From: a virus
Lineage: Duplodnaviria > Caudoviricetes
Reading direction: 5' to 3' (one strand)
IMG/VR virus record: IMGVR_UViG_3300049926_000090
Coordinates: 1 to 43,977 of that record
DNA: 43,977 bases
A program made the translations under genes and the position numbers. The notes under the pieces are model-generated. The model searched no databases. It saw nothing but the letters and a program-made list of their open reading frames with translations, and was not told the DNA's origin. Shown in pieces: positions 9,324 through 16,426 of the stretch (position 1 is its first letter; every line of letters begins with the position of its first letter).

Positions 9324-9535
9324 CCGTTGAGCCTCCATCCGGTTCGGACATTGACCGCGACGACGTCGGTGAAGAAGTCATAGACCCGCCACGCCTCTAG
9401 ACCGCGGAGAGCCTCTTCGCGGGTGAGGAAAGGTGGGCCCGACCAGTGCAGGTAGCCGCCTTCGGTCTTCGCCTGTAGCTCCCACTCGCGCCGGCCCCAG
9501 GCAATGTGAAGGCGCCCGTCGAAGAGCTCGATCAT
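9320..9535 (-). CDS. Hypothetical protein
   Basis: MIELFDGRLH... start chosen from the ATGA overlap with the upstream small ORF. Confidence 0.55.
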   Translation of the reverse strand: MIELFDGRLHIAWGRREWELQAKTEGGYLHWSGPPFLTREEALRGLEAWRVYDFFTDVVAVNVRTGWRLNG

Positions 9536-9654
9536 CGCTGCCTGTTCTCGGCACCGCAGGTGCACGGCGACTTCGAATGGCGGGATGCACACCAAGACTT
9601 GTGACCGCGCTTCGCCTTCGGTGGGGGCTTGCGGCGGCCGCGCTTCTTGCTCAT
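9532..9654 (-). CDS. 40-aa basic Cys/His peptide (not in ORF track)
   Basis: MSKKRGRRKPPPKAKRGHKSWCASRHSKSPCTCGAENRQR*. H-x3-C...CTC motif; fills the gap with ATGA coupling. Confidence 0.55.
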   Translation of the reverse strand: MSKKRGRRKPPPKAKRGHKSWCASRHSKSPCTCGAENRQR

Positions 9655-9656
9655 CG

Positions 9657-9989
9657 CTACATCATCCAAGTGCGTAGGTTGGCGATCAGCAGCGGCCGGA
9701 TCTGGCGATCGTCGCGGACGTCGGCCAGGTCGGAGATCTCGCTGATCCCGCCGAGGGCGATGAACTCGCGCAGTTTCTCCTGGGCTTTGTAGAAGCCCAG
9801 CTGTTCCCTGGCGATCTCGGCCTGCTTGGCGCCGGACATCAGGTCGAAGCCCTCGGGCTCGGAGAGCGTCAGCGAGAGGAACTCTTCGACGACGTGGGGG
9901 AGGGCGAGCCGCTTGCTCTTCGGCAGACGCTCGCCGCCCTGGGCCTCAAGTTCGGAGAGGGTCTCCCCGTTGTTGCGGACGCGGGCCAT
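9657..9989 (-). CDS. Hypothetical protein
   Basis: MARVRNNGETLSELEAQ..., TGATG-coupled start at 9989. Confidence 0.6.
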   Translation of the reverse strand: MARVRNNGETLSELEAQGGERLPKSKRLALPHVVEEFLSLTLSEPEGFDLMSGAKQAEIAREQLGFYKAQEKLREFIALGGISEISDLADVRDDRQIRPLLIANLRTWMM

Positions 9990-10069
9990 CAGAGCGAGAA
10001 CCAGACGAAGAGGGCGAAGACGACCGCCCATTCGACAAAGTCGAGGCTGTCGAAGAAGTCGAAGAGCAT
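9989..10069 (-). CDS. 26-aa hydrophobic micropeptide (not in ORF track)
   Basis: MLFDFFDSLDFVEWAVVFALFVWFSL*. TGATG coupling at both ends. Confidence 0.6.
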   Translation of the reverse strand: MLFDFFDSLDFVEWAVVFALFVWFSL

Positions 10070-10239
10070 CAGTCGCTCACCGACTTCGCCGCCGCCACGT
10101 AGGCCGCCGAGCTCGGGTGGTTCTGCTCGAGCCAGCTCTCGACGGCGCAGGTGGTTTCGATCGAGAACCCGGAGCCCTCCTCGCAGAGCCGCCGGATCAG
10201 GGCGACCGCCTCGACGTGTTTGACGTCGTCGAGGGCCAT
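10069..10239 (-). CDS. Hypothetical protein (56 aa)
   Basis: MALDDVKHVEAVALIRRLCEE..., GGAGG RBS, TGATG coupling. Confidence 0.6.
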   Translation of the reverse strand: MALDDVKHVEAVALIRRLCEEGSGFSIETTCAVESWLEQNHPSSAAYVAAAKSVSD

Positions 10240-10394
10240 CAGACCATCCTCCCTCTGCGCTCGAGCCGGCGAGTCAGCCTCGAGACCGGCTTGCGCAGCA
10301 TCCGCCAGGGCTGTCGGCGGGCATCGTCGAAGGCCGGGTCCTCGAGCTTCAGGAGCTTGACCTCGAGGTCGAAGAGCCAACCCCAGGGCATCAT
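10239..10394 (-). CDS. Small basic hypothetical protein
   Basis: MMPWGWLFDLEVKLLKLED...RRGRMV, coupled overlaps. Confidence 0.5.
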   Translation of the reverse strand: MMPWGWLFDLEVKLLKLEDPAFDDARRQPWRMLRKPVSRLTRRLERRGRMV

Positions 10395-10564
10395 CGGCCG
10401 GCCTGCACAGAGGTCACGTTGGCGAGGTTGATGATCGTCTCCTCGCCGTAGCGGCCCGTCTGGATCGGGGTGCCGCGTTTGATCTGCGCCCAGATCGACT
10501 CGACGTTGTTGGTGCCCTCGATCCGAACGTATTGCTTGTTGACCAAGTGGACCGTGACGGCCAT
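10391..10564 (-). CDS. Hypothetical protein (57 aa, not in ORF track)
   Basis: MAVTVHLVNKQYVRIEGTNNVESIWAQIKRGTPIQTGRYGEETIINLANVTSVQAGR*. Coupled at both ends. Confidence 0.6.
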   Translation of the reverse strand: MAVTVHLVNKQYVRIEGTNNVESIWAQIKRGTPIQTGRYGEETIINLANVTSVQAGR

Positions 10565-10764
10565 CAGGACCGTCCCTGGGCGACCGCCACGGCCTCCGCG
10601 ACACTGGCACCCTCATTGAGCATCTGCCGCCCCTCGCAAGCTCGGCGGTGCAGGCAGATGTCAGTGCTGAACCGCAAGTGAGTGCCGCCCGGCGAGGCCA
10701 TCCCGCAGAGCCGGCAGGCGATCGGGTTGCAGTTGACGCAGCGGCAGTCGTCGGGGTGCGGCAT
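10564..10764 (-). CDS. Small Cys-rich (Zn-binding) protein
   Basis: MPHPDDCRCVNCNPIACRLCG...C...ACEGR, TGATG coupling. Confidence 0.6.
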   Translation of the reverse strand: MPHPDDCRCVNCNPIACRLCGMASPGGTHLRFSTDICLHRRACEGRQMLNEGASVAEAVAVAQGRS

Positions 10765-12350
10765 CAGTCCTCGTCCCTCCCCATCCCGTCGATCCTCTTG
10801 GCGACGGTGACCGGGAGCAGCCAGCGTAGGAGGGCATAGGCGCAGTCGCGTTCCTCGCCGAAGCGACCTTCGCCGGCGCGGGCTTCTTCGCGCTCCTCGA
10901 GCATCCGCTGCCCCCAAGCCCGCTCGGACTCCGCCTCATTGACGACCTCGGCAGCGCCCTCGACGATCGCCTGCTTGTACTCCTCGGGGACCTCGAGGCG
11001 CTCCGGCTCATGGGCGGCCTGTCCGTCGCGCGAGGGCCAGTCCCGCGGGAAGGTCGGCCGGATGCCGTAGTCCTCGAGCAGCGTGTCGAGCGCGTCCGCG
11101 GGGAAGGGCCTGTCGACGTCCTGGCCGGCGGTGATCGCCGCCATCGCGACCCGCTGGACCCACTGGTCGTCTCGGCCGTAGGGGATCACGACGCGGCGGG
11201 TGCCGGGGTCGCCCTGGCGGCTCTCGAAGCCACCGAGACCGCGGCCGTCCTGGTCCTCGAGCTCGACGAAGAACTCGCTGGGATCGTCGGAGGCGTAGTT
11301 GGCGGCGAGGACGATATGCAGCTCGCGGGTGCCAGGAGGCACATTGCCGGCCGGCCGGGGGTCGTCGGTGAAGAGCTGTCGGCCGGCGTGCTCGACGAAG
11401 CGCATCTGGCTGATCCGCTCCCGCTGCAGGTCGATCGTGTCGCGGAGCTCGCGGAAGAGCCGGTCGATCCGGCCGGCGAAGGTCGAGGCCTGCGGCGCGT
11501 CGAGCCGGTCGAGTGCCTCGCCGACCGCGCTGATCGCTTCCTGGGCGTCCGCCTCGCGCCCCTCATCCACCCTCTTGATGTCCACCACGAGGGCATCGGC
11601 TCCCCGCGCCATCGCCTCGTCGTCGATCGTCGACCGCAGGAGAGCCGACTCGATCGCGTCGGTGAACTCCTGGACTTCGGTGGCGGAGAGGACGTTCTGG
11701 GAAAGCAGCGCGTCGAAGATCAACCGGCGCCGCGTGCCCTGCGCGGGGTGCGTGCCCTGCCAGCCATCCGGGATCGCCTCGATCGCGCGGTCGGCCTCGG
11801 CGGCCATCCGCTCGTCGCGGCGGCGCCGGATCTCTATACCCCGGACGCACTGCTCGTCGTGGATCTGGCTCTTCGGGTCCGTGCAGGAGCAGGGCGGCAG
11901 GTCGTCCTTGTAGAGCTGGCGGGCGTTCCTGGCTTCGCTCTTGGGCCGATTCGCCTCGACCTCCTCGCCGAGCTGCCGCAGCGCCACCGGGGTCCACTCG
12001 CGATCGGTCTGCCGCGCCCACCCCCGTCGAAGATCGAAGTCGCTGTAGAGCGCGAGGCTGCCCTTCTGGTCGCGAAGGACCCAGTAGTTCGGCGGGACGG
12101 ACAGCCCCGCGCCGATCCTCGAGTCGAGGTAGCTGATCGTGATCCCTCTCTGGGGTGGCTTGGCCGGACCGACCGTCTCGCCGGGTCGAAGGAAGCCGAT
12201 CGGGAAGTCGGTGCCGCCCATCCAGCGGACGGCCTCGCGCGTCTCCGGCTTCTCGCCCTCCTCGAGAACCTCGCCGGCCCGGATGAACCAGCCAGGGATC
12301 CAGTCGGGGATCTTCGTCGACTCCTGGCCGGGCTGGTTCTGATCGCTCAC
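10764..12350 (-). CDS. Large multi-domain hypothetical protein
   Basis: About 528 aa from GTG 12350 with GAGGAG RBS. Patchwork of segments, including CSC..H..C and coiled regions. Confidence 0.7.
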   Translation of the reverse strand: MSDQNQPGQESTKIPDWIPGWFIRAGEVLEEGEKPETREAVRWMGGTDFPIGFLRPGETVGPAKPPQRGITISYLDSRIGAGLSVPPNYWVLRDQKGSLALYSDFDLRRGWARQTDREWTPVALRQLGEEVEANRPKSEARNARQLYKDDLPPCSCTDPKSQIHDEQCVRGIEIRRRRDERMAAEADRAIEAIPDGWQGTHPAQGTRRRLIFDALLSQNVLSATEVQEFTDAIESALLRSTIDDEAMARGADALVVDIKRVDEGREADAQEAISAVGEALDRLDAPQASTFAGRIDRLFRELRDTIDLQRERISQMRFVEHAGRQLFTDDPRPAGNVPPGTRELHIVLAANYASDDPSEFFVELEDQDGRGLGGFESRQGDPGTRRVVIPYGRDDQWVQRVAMAAITAGQDVDRPFPADALDTLLEDYGIRPTFPRDWPSRDGQAAHEPERLEVPEEYKQAIVEGAAEVVNEAESERAWGQRMLEEREEARAGEGRFGEERDCAYALLRWLLPVTVAKRIDGMGRDED

Positions 12351-12462
12351 TGGGGTCTCCTCGTTCGCTGGATTGAAGGTCGTCCCGGCCCCCAGCACCG
12401 CATCCTGCTCGTCACTCCTGGGGATCGGGACGGGGCGAACCTAGCTGACCGAGCGGCGGAAT

Positions 12463-12800
12463 GTGTACACAAGGCCGCTATTTAGGTGAATTCTTGTAGA
12501 GCAGGACGGCCATATATATATCCGCGCGACCGCCGGCATCGGCACTCCCCTCCCCCCCTGGGTGGCCGCCTGGTCGAGGGTAGAGGCTTCGCGGCTTCAG
12601 GCGTCGATCATCACTGCGCTCAGACGTAGTGCCGAGGGAGGACAGACGTGGAACCGAATGGGGGTTGTCATTCCCTGGGGTATGTCAAGGCAGGGCAGCT
12701 ACCCACCTCGCGCGCGTTTGACAGTCGCGCGCGTCCACCTCGCGGGCCGTCTCTCCTCAAACCCGCACGATGTACGAGCTCTCGTACATGTGTCCACTGC
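12463..12800. other. Non-coding strand-switch region; candidate physical genome end/packaging site and early control region
   Basis: ATATATATAT run, CCCCTCCCCCCC tract, GTGTACAC palindrome (12463-12470), ATGTACGAG-CT-CTCGTACAT inverted repeat (12770-12789). Divergent transcription starts here. Confidence 0.45.
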
Positions 12801-12867
12801 CCTTCAGTCCCAACCCCCGATGCACGATGATCCGTACATGAACGAGGCACCTACCGAAGGAGATTCC

Positions 12868-13017
12868 ATGCAGACCCAGACCAGCAACGTGATCCGCCCC
12901 TTGGAGTGGTGGCAGGCGATTGAGATGGCGACCGCTCGCCAGCTCTCGGAGATGCGCTCGGCCGAGATCCGCAAGCGCATCGACCGCAGCGTCGCCACGC
13001 TGAGGGCAGTTCGATGA
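12868..13017 (+). CDS. Small early protein (49 aa)
   Basis: MQTQTSNVIRPLEWWQAIE..., with ACCGAAGGAG RBS. Confidence 0.65.
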   Translation: MQTQTSNVIRPLEWWQAIEMATARQLSEMRSAEIRKRIDRSVATLRAVR

Positions 13018-13349
13018 GCGTCGAGCAAGAATCAGCCGAGGCGATCCGCGATCACCTAGCCGAGCACGGCAGGACCGAGAGGCCGAGCATGACCGAGGAA
13101 CTACACCGGATGGTCAGCCAGGAGGCCCGCAAGCAAAACGGCTGGGAGGTTCTCGGCATCGACTCCACGTCGGGGACTGACGGGGTGATCCGCTTCCACC
13201 GCCCCAACGCTCCTAGCGGCTGTCATTACGGCACCGCTCACTTCTCTACGGATGGCAAGGCCGTCGTTGCCTTCGAGTGGGGGCACTACGACCTCAGCTA
13301 CCGGGGAGGCCGGGAAGACTTCTCGACCCGGGTAGCGCAGGGCCGCTAG
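13014..13349 (+). CDS. Hypothetical early protein
   Basis: 111 aa, ATGA coupling. C-terminal FEWGHYDL motif. Confidence 0.7.
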   Translation: MSVEQESAEAIRDHLAEHGRTERPSMTEELHRMVSQEARKQNGWEVLGIDSTSGTDGVIRFHRPNAPSGCHYGTAHFSTDGKAVVAFEWGHYDLSYRGGREDFSTRVAQGR

Positions 13350-13397
13350 CGCGTCTGGGGTTGGCCGGGTTCGATTCCCGGCCGCGCTCTGTATCCA
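13348..13397 (+). ncRNA. Minimal tRNA-like (T-arm/elbow) element 1
   Basis: AGCGC-gtctggggtt-GGCCGGG-TTCGATT-CCCGGCC-GCGCT-ctgtatcca. Confidence 0.7.
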
Positions 13398-13427
13398 TGA
13401 ACGCAGCACAACCGAAGGAGATGCACC

Positions 13428-14054
13428 ATGCAGACCGCCAAACACAACGGCGTGCCGGGTTGCCCGCGCGTCGAGGTTCTATCCATCGACTATGACAAGG
13501 CAGCCGTGCGCTCGGACGAAGCCGAGCCGGGGTTCGCCCTGGACATCGTCCCCGTCTCGGAGCTCTCGTCATTCGAGGAGGGGCGCGCCGCTGAGCCCGA
13601 GGTCGGCGACGCGGCCACAGAAGTCGACGCGAAGATGCGAGGGAGGCTTGACGACCTGCACACCCTGCAACGGCTGGCAAACCCCGGTGTCGACCTCGAC
13701 GAGTGGTCGAACGACGAGCTGCTCGCCCTGGACATCGGCTACGGCGAGCCTGGCCCGCTGAGCCGTGAGTACGTCGAAGAGGCGGCCCAGGAGCGGCTCG
13801 ACGAGTATCCGCTCTGTGTCGCGACCCGGACGGTGTTTGAAATCGTGCTCGGCACGGGTGGTCCCGATGATCGGCTGATCGTCGAGTGCGACGTGTCCAC
13901 TGATCCGGAGCGCGAGCTTCAGCCGCAATACAGGGTTCGCCGCATCCTCTACCGCTACTCGTGGACGGGCTCGGCCGAGCGGGAGCTGTACGGCGAGGAC
14001 CGGGAGACGGCCGAAGGGTTCGCGCGGCGCGTTGTGGCGGAGCTGGTCGAATGA
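13428..14054 (+). CDS. Acidic early protein (possible DNA-mimic/anti-defence)
   Basis: 208 aa, very D/E-rich, with EYPLCV...IVLGTGGP motif. Strong RBS. Confidence 0.7.
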   Translation: MQTAKHNGVPGCPRVEVLSIDYDKAAVRSDEAEPGFALDIVPVSELSSFEEGRAAEPEVGDAATEVDAKMRGRLDDLHTLQRLANPGVDLDEWSNDELLALDIGYGEPGPLSREYVEEAAQERLDEYPLCVATRTVFEIVLGTGGPDDRLIVECDVSTDPERELQPQYRVRRILYRYSWTGSAERELYGEDRETAEGFARRVVAELVE

Positions 14055-14380
14055 ACGACCCGACGATGTGCCCCAATTGCGGGCGGACCTACGAGGACCT
14101 GACCGAAGATCGGCACACTGAGAGCGGCTGCTTTCTGGGGATGCTGATCGGGGTCCTTGAAGATCGCGACGTTGCGGTCACTCACGATTCGGTCGCCGCT
14201 GCCGTGATCGACATAGACGGCCTCTGGGACCGCTACGGCGGCCCGGCTGCCGACGACCTGGAAAGGATGCTCGGCAAACACGAGCACCGGCCAGCCGAGG
14301 GCTCTCGTAACCGCGTCACGGCCGAGACGGTCGTGTTCCGCTGTCACGACTGCGGCGAGTTCTACAGCGTCGCGGAATAG
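14051..14380 (+). CDS. Zn-finger hypothetical protein
   Basis: MNDPTMCPNCG...H...C and C-terminal H...CHDCG. ATGA coupling. Confidence 0.7.
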   Translation: MNDPTMCPNCGRTYEDLTEDRHTESGCFLGMLIGVLEDRDVAVTHDSVAAAVIDIDGLWDRYGGPAADDLERMLGKHEHRPAEGSRNRVTAETVVFRCHDCGEFYSVAE

Positions 14381-14381
14381 C

Positions 14382-14435
14382 CAGGGGCGCTTGGAGCTTC
14401 GGCGGGGTTCGATTCCCCGCCGCCCTCTGCATCCA
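14382..14435 (+). ncRNA. Minimal tRNA-like (T-arm/elbow) element 2
   Basis: GGGGC-gcttggagcttc-GGCGGGG-TTCGATT-CCCCGCC-GCCCT-ctgcatcca. Covaries with element 1. Confidence 0.7.
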
Positions 14436-14459
14436 ACCAGCAACCGAAGGGAAGGCACC

Positions 14460-14759
14460 ATGAGCGGACACCTAGACCACAAGATCGAGGTCACTGCAGC
14501 GACGCCGGAGAACATGCGCCGGTTCGAGGAGATGGCAGGACCGCCCCGGACGATCGACACGCCGGACGGCCCCGCAATCGTCGAGCCGACGCGCTGTTTG
14601 GCAATGGACCCGGCGACCGGCGACACGTTCAGCGCATCGGCGGGCGACTACTACAACCAGCCCGACGACGAGCCGCTGACCAACGATGAAGGCGACCCGC
14701 TGATTCTGGTCTTGAAGCGGACGCTCTACGTCGACGCGCTGACCGGGGAGCAGATCTAA
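14460..14759 (+). CDS. Acidic hypothetical early protein
   Basis: MSGHLDHKIEV...TGDTFSASAGDYY...PLILV, with CAACCGAAGGGA RBS. Confidence 0.7.
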   Translation: MSGHLDHKIEVTAATPENMRRFEEMAGPPRTIDTPDGPAIVEPTRCLAMDPATGDTFSASAGDYYNQPDDEPLTNDEGDPLILVLKRTLYVDALTGEQI

Positions 14760-15181
14760 TGAGGCGCGGCGAAGAGACGCTTGCCCGTATCCGAAAGGCG
14801 ACCGGGTACGACCCCGAAGGCGAGGGGAGTGTTGACAACCTGATCGCCTATAAGGACGCGCTAGAGGATCGGCTCTTGGGCCTGATCCCCGACGACAGGG
14901 AGCCGAACGTCGAGGAACTCGCCGTAGAGATCCTCAAGGCGCACGATCTGCCCGCCGAGCTACAGAACACTGGCGGCGGTTGCATGGTCGCTGAGGTCAA
15001 GGGCGAGCACGGCGTCTATGCCTGGGTGACGGAAACCGAGATCGACAACGACGGCGAGCCGTTCTCTGTCGGCCTGTACGCGCAGTGGGAAGACGAACCG
15101 GAGCTGATCCGGTGTACGGCCGCGCAGCTCCCCGACGTGGTGAGCAGCGGCCTAGCCGAGCTAGAGAAGGTCGCCGAGTGA
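14759..15181 (+). CDS. Acidic hypothetical early protein
   Basis: 140 aa, TAATG coupling, contains NTGGGCM motif. Confidence 0.7.
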   Translation: MRRGEETLARIRKATGYDPEGEGSVDNLIAYKDALEDRLLGLIPDDREPNVEELAVEILKAHDLPAELQNTGGGCMVAEVKGEHGVYAWVTETEIDNDGEPFSVGLYAQWEDEPELIRCTAAQLPDVVSSGLAELEKVAE

Positions 15182-15597
15182 CCCGGGCGAAGCTGGGAAG
15201 CGCTGGGGCGGTGTGTGTCGTCGCCCTGGCGCTTGCCGCACCGGCAAGAGCAGCACCCTTCACCCCGGCGCTTGAGCGCGCTGCGGCGGCCGCTGATCGC
15301 TACTGGGGGACGCCGAGCAACTGCACTTCGCTGGACCGCCAGATCGTCCCTGACGGTTCGCTGCCCGGCGGCGCTGACGCCATCGCCACCTACGCCGACG
15401 CGCCGACACCTTGCGTCCTGTACGTCGAGCGTTCGCTCGCTCGCCCCTCTCAGTGGGTGCGGGCCTGCGGCGTGCTGGTCCACGAGGGAGGCCACCTACG
15501 CGGCCTCGATCACGACTTCGGCGGCGTCATGGCGATCGACTCACTGCCACCGCCGCTCTGCTTCCGGGCCGGCGCCCGCGAGCTCAACCGGCGCTGA
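15178..15597 (+). CDS. Secreted metzincin (matrixin/M10-like) metalloprotease
   Basis: GTG start coupled to the upstream stop. Signal peptide ending A-R-A. HEGGHLRGLDH matches HExxHxxGxxH and is followed by a Met-turn (GVM). Confidence 0.75.
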   Translation: MTRAKLGSAGAVCVVALALAAPARAAPFTPALERAAAAADRYWGTPSNCTSLDRQIVPDGSLPGGADAIATYADAPTPCVLYVERSLARPSQWVRACGVLVHEGGHLRGLDHDFGGVMAIDSLPPPLCFRAGARELNRR

Positions 15598-15958
15598 CGA
15601 GACAGCTATGAAGCCGGGGGCTTCCGTCTCCGGCGCTCGCGCTGTCGATGGCGAGACGCCGTCTCCCGCGCTTGCGCAGACGGGACACCCCGGCTATCCG
15701 AAGGTGAGAAAGGTGTTGAGCATCGCGTTACGCGCCGGGCCTCGGATCTGCTGAGCCTTTGGCAGCAGCTTCTCCCGCTTGCGCCACCCACCACACGACA
15801 CACACTTATCGGTCGGGTTTGCCGAGGAGAGCCACGGCCTCACCTTGCAGCCCTTCGCCTTGCAACGGCGGGCCGGGAGTTCGCGGTGCATCGGGCAACA
15901 CTCCATGCCGGCGAACCTACCATCTAGTCCGGCCGGCCGGATTGGGACGAGACAGCTA
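15596..15958. repeat. 13-bp direct repeat GACGAGACAGCTA (15596-15608 and 15946-15958)
   Basis: Exact repeat flanking the small Zn-finger gene. Confidence 0.6.
15694..15906 (-). CDS. Small Cys-rich basic protein
   Basis: C-x4-C...CVSC Zn-binding pattern. The exact start is uncertain. Confidence 0.5.
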   Translation of the reverse strand: MECCPMHRELPARRCKAKGCKVRPWLSSANPTDKCVSCGGWRKREKLLPKAQQIRGPARNAMLNTFLTFG

Positions 15959-16047
15959 CAAACGAATAGCCGATTGACGCCGAGCCCGAAACGAGGGAGG
16001 CTCTGCCGGTCGGGCCGTCAACTGCACTTACGAGAGACACAGGGGAG

Positions 16048-16141
16048 GGGCGGCAGTCGGACTCGAACCGACGTCTCCACGTTGAGGCCAATAACCATTT
16101 GGTCGACGCCTCCGGGGTGAGCTGCATTGCTCCATACCGCC
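16048..16141 (-). ncRNA. tRNA-like RNA with expanded anticodon arm (non-canonical or pseudo-tRNA)
   Basis: Acceptor GGCGGTA/TGCCGCC, D arm GAGC-AATGCA-GCTC, T arm GTCGG-TTCGAGT-CCGAC. The anticodon stem CCCCG/CGTGG encloses 31 nt instead of 7. No encoded CCA. Confidence 0.7.
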
Positions 16142-16426
16142 ACGGTCAGGTCTTTCGCCGGGGCGCCGTCGTGCGGGCCCGCGCCCCCAGCAAGGGCGGT
16201 CCGCAATGAGCGCTCATTCTCAGTCGGTCGTTTGGTCCGCTGGCCGTGACCGGCCGCAGCCCCAGCAAAAGGTGAGAAGACTCCCGCCGCCTTGAGTGCC
16301 GCCAGGGAACGGCGGCGGCGGGCGCGGAGGAGTTCCGCTTTACCTCGTGCCCCAAGGGGACGCCGGACTCACCGGGCTCTTGGCTTGGCCCCCGATATGT
16401 GGGGGGCCTGCGCACGGGCACGGCAA

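Noticed and set aside
12718-12746. Sigma-70 promoter from a perfect TTGACA
   Set aside because: No -10 hexamer at 16-18 nt spacing.
15613-15634. Terminator of the early operon (GCCGGGGGC-TTCC-GTCTCCGGC)
   Set aside because: The hairpin is present but has no U-tract on the plus strand and has mismatches on the minus strand, so support is insufficient.
15960-16016. HDV-like/theta ribozyme downstream of the tRNA-like RNA (GGCCCGA/TCGGGCT P1 with G-U, CTCCCTCG loop, GGCTA)
   Set aside because: P2, P3 and P1.1 pair poorly, it is not adjacent to the tRNA 3' end, and a simple hairpin explains the pairing. A self-cleavage assay would settle it.
16145-16260. Hammerhead ribozyme (CTGAGA...CGAAA)
   Set aside because: The core does not match CUGANGA, and GAAA is not positioned after stem II.
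16048-16270. tmRNA
   Set aside because: The acceptor stem pairs locally as an ordinary cloverleaf. There is no GGGG..GAC 5' end with G3-U70, no CCA and no tag ORF.
16345-16420. Cobalamin riboswitch (AAGAG-CCCGGTGAGTCCGG)
   Set aside because: Lacks the GGGAA and GCCACTG B12-box elements.
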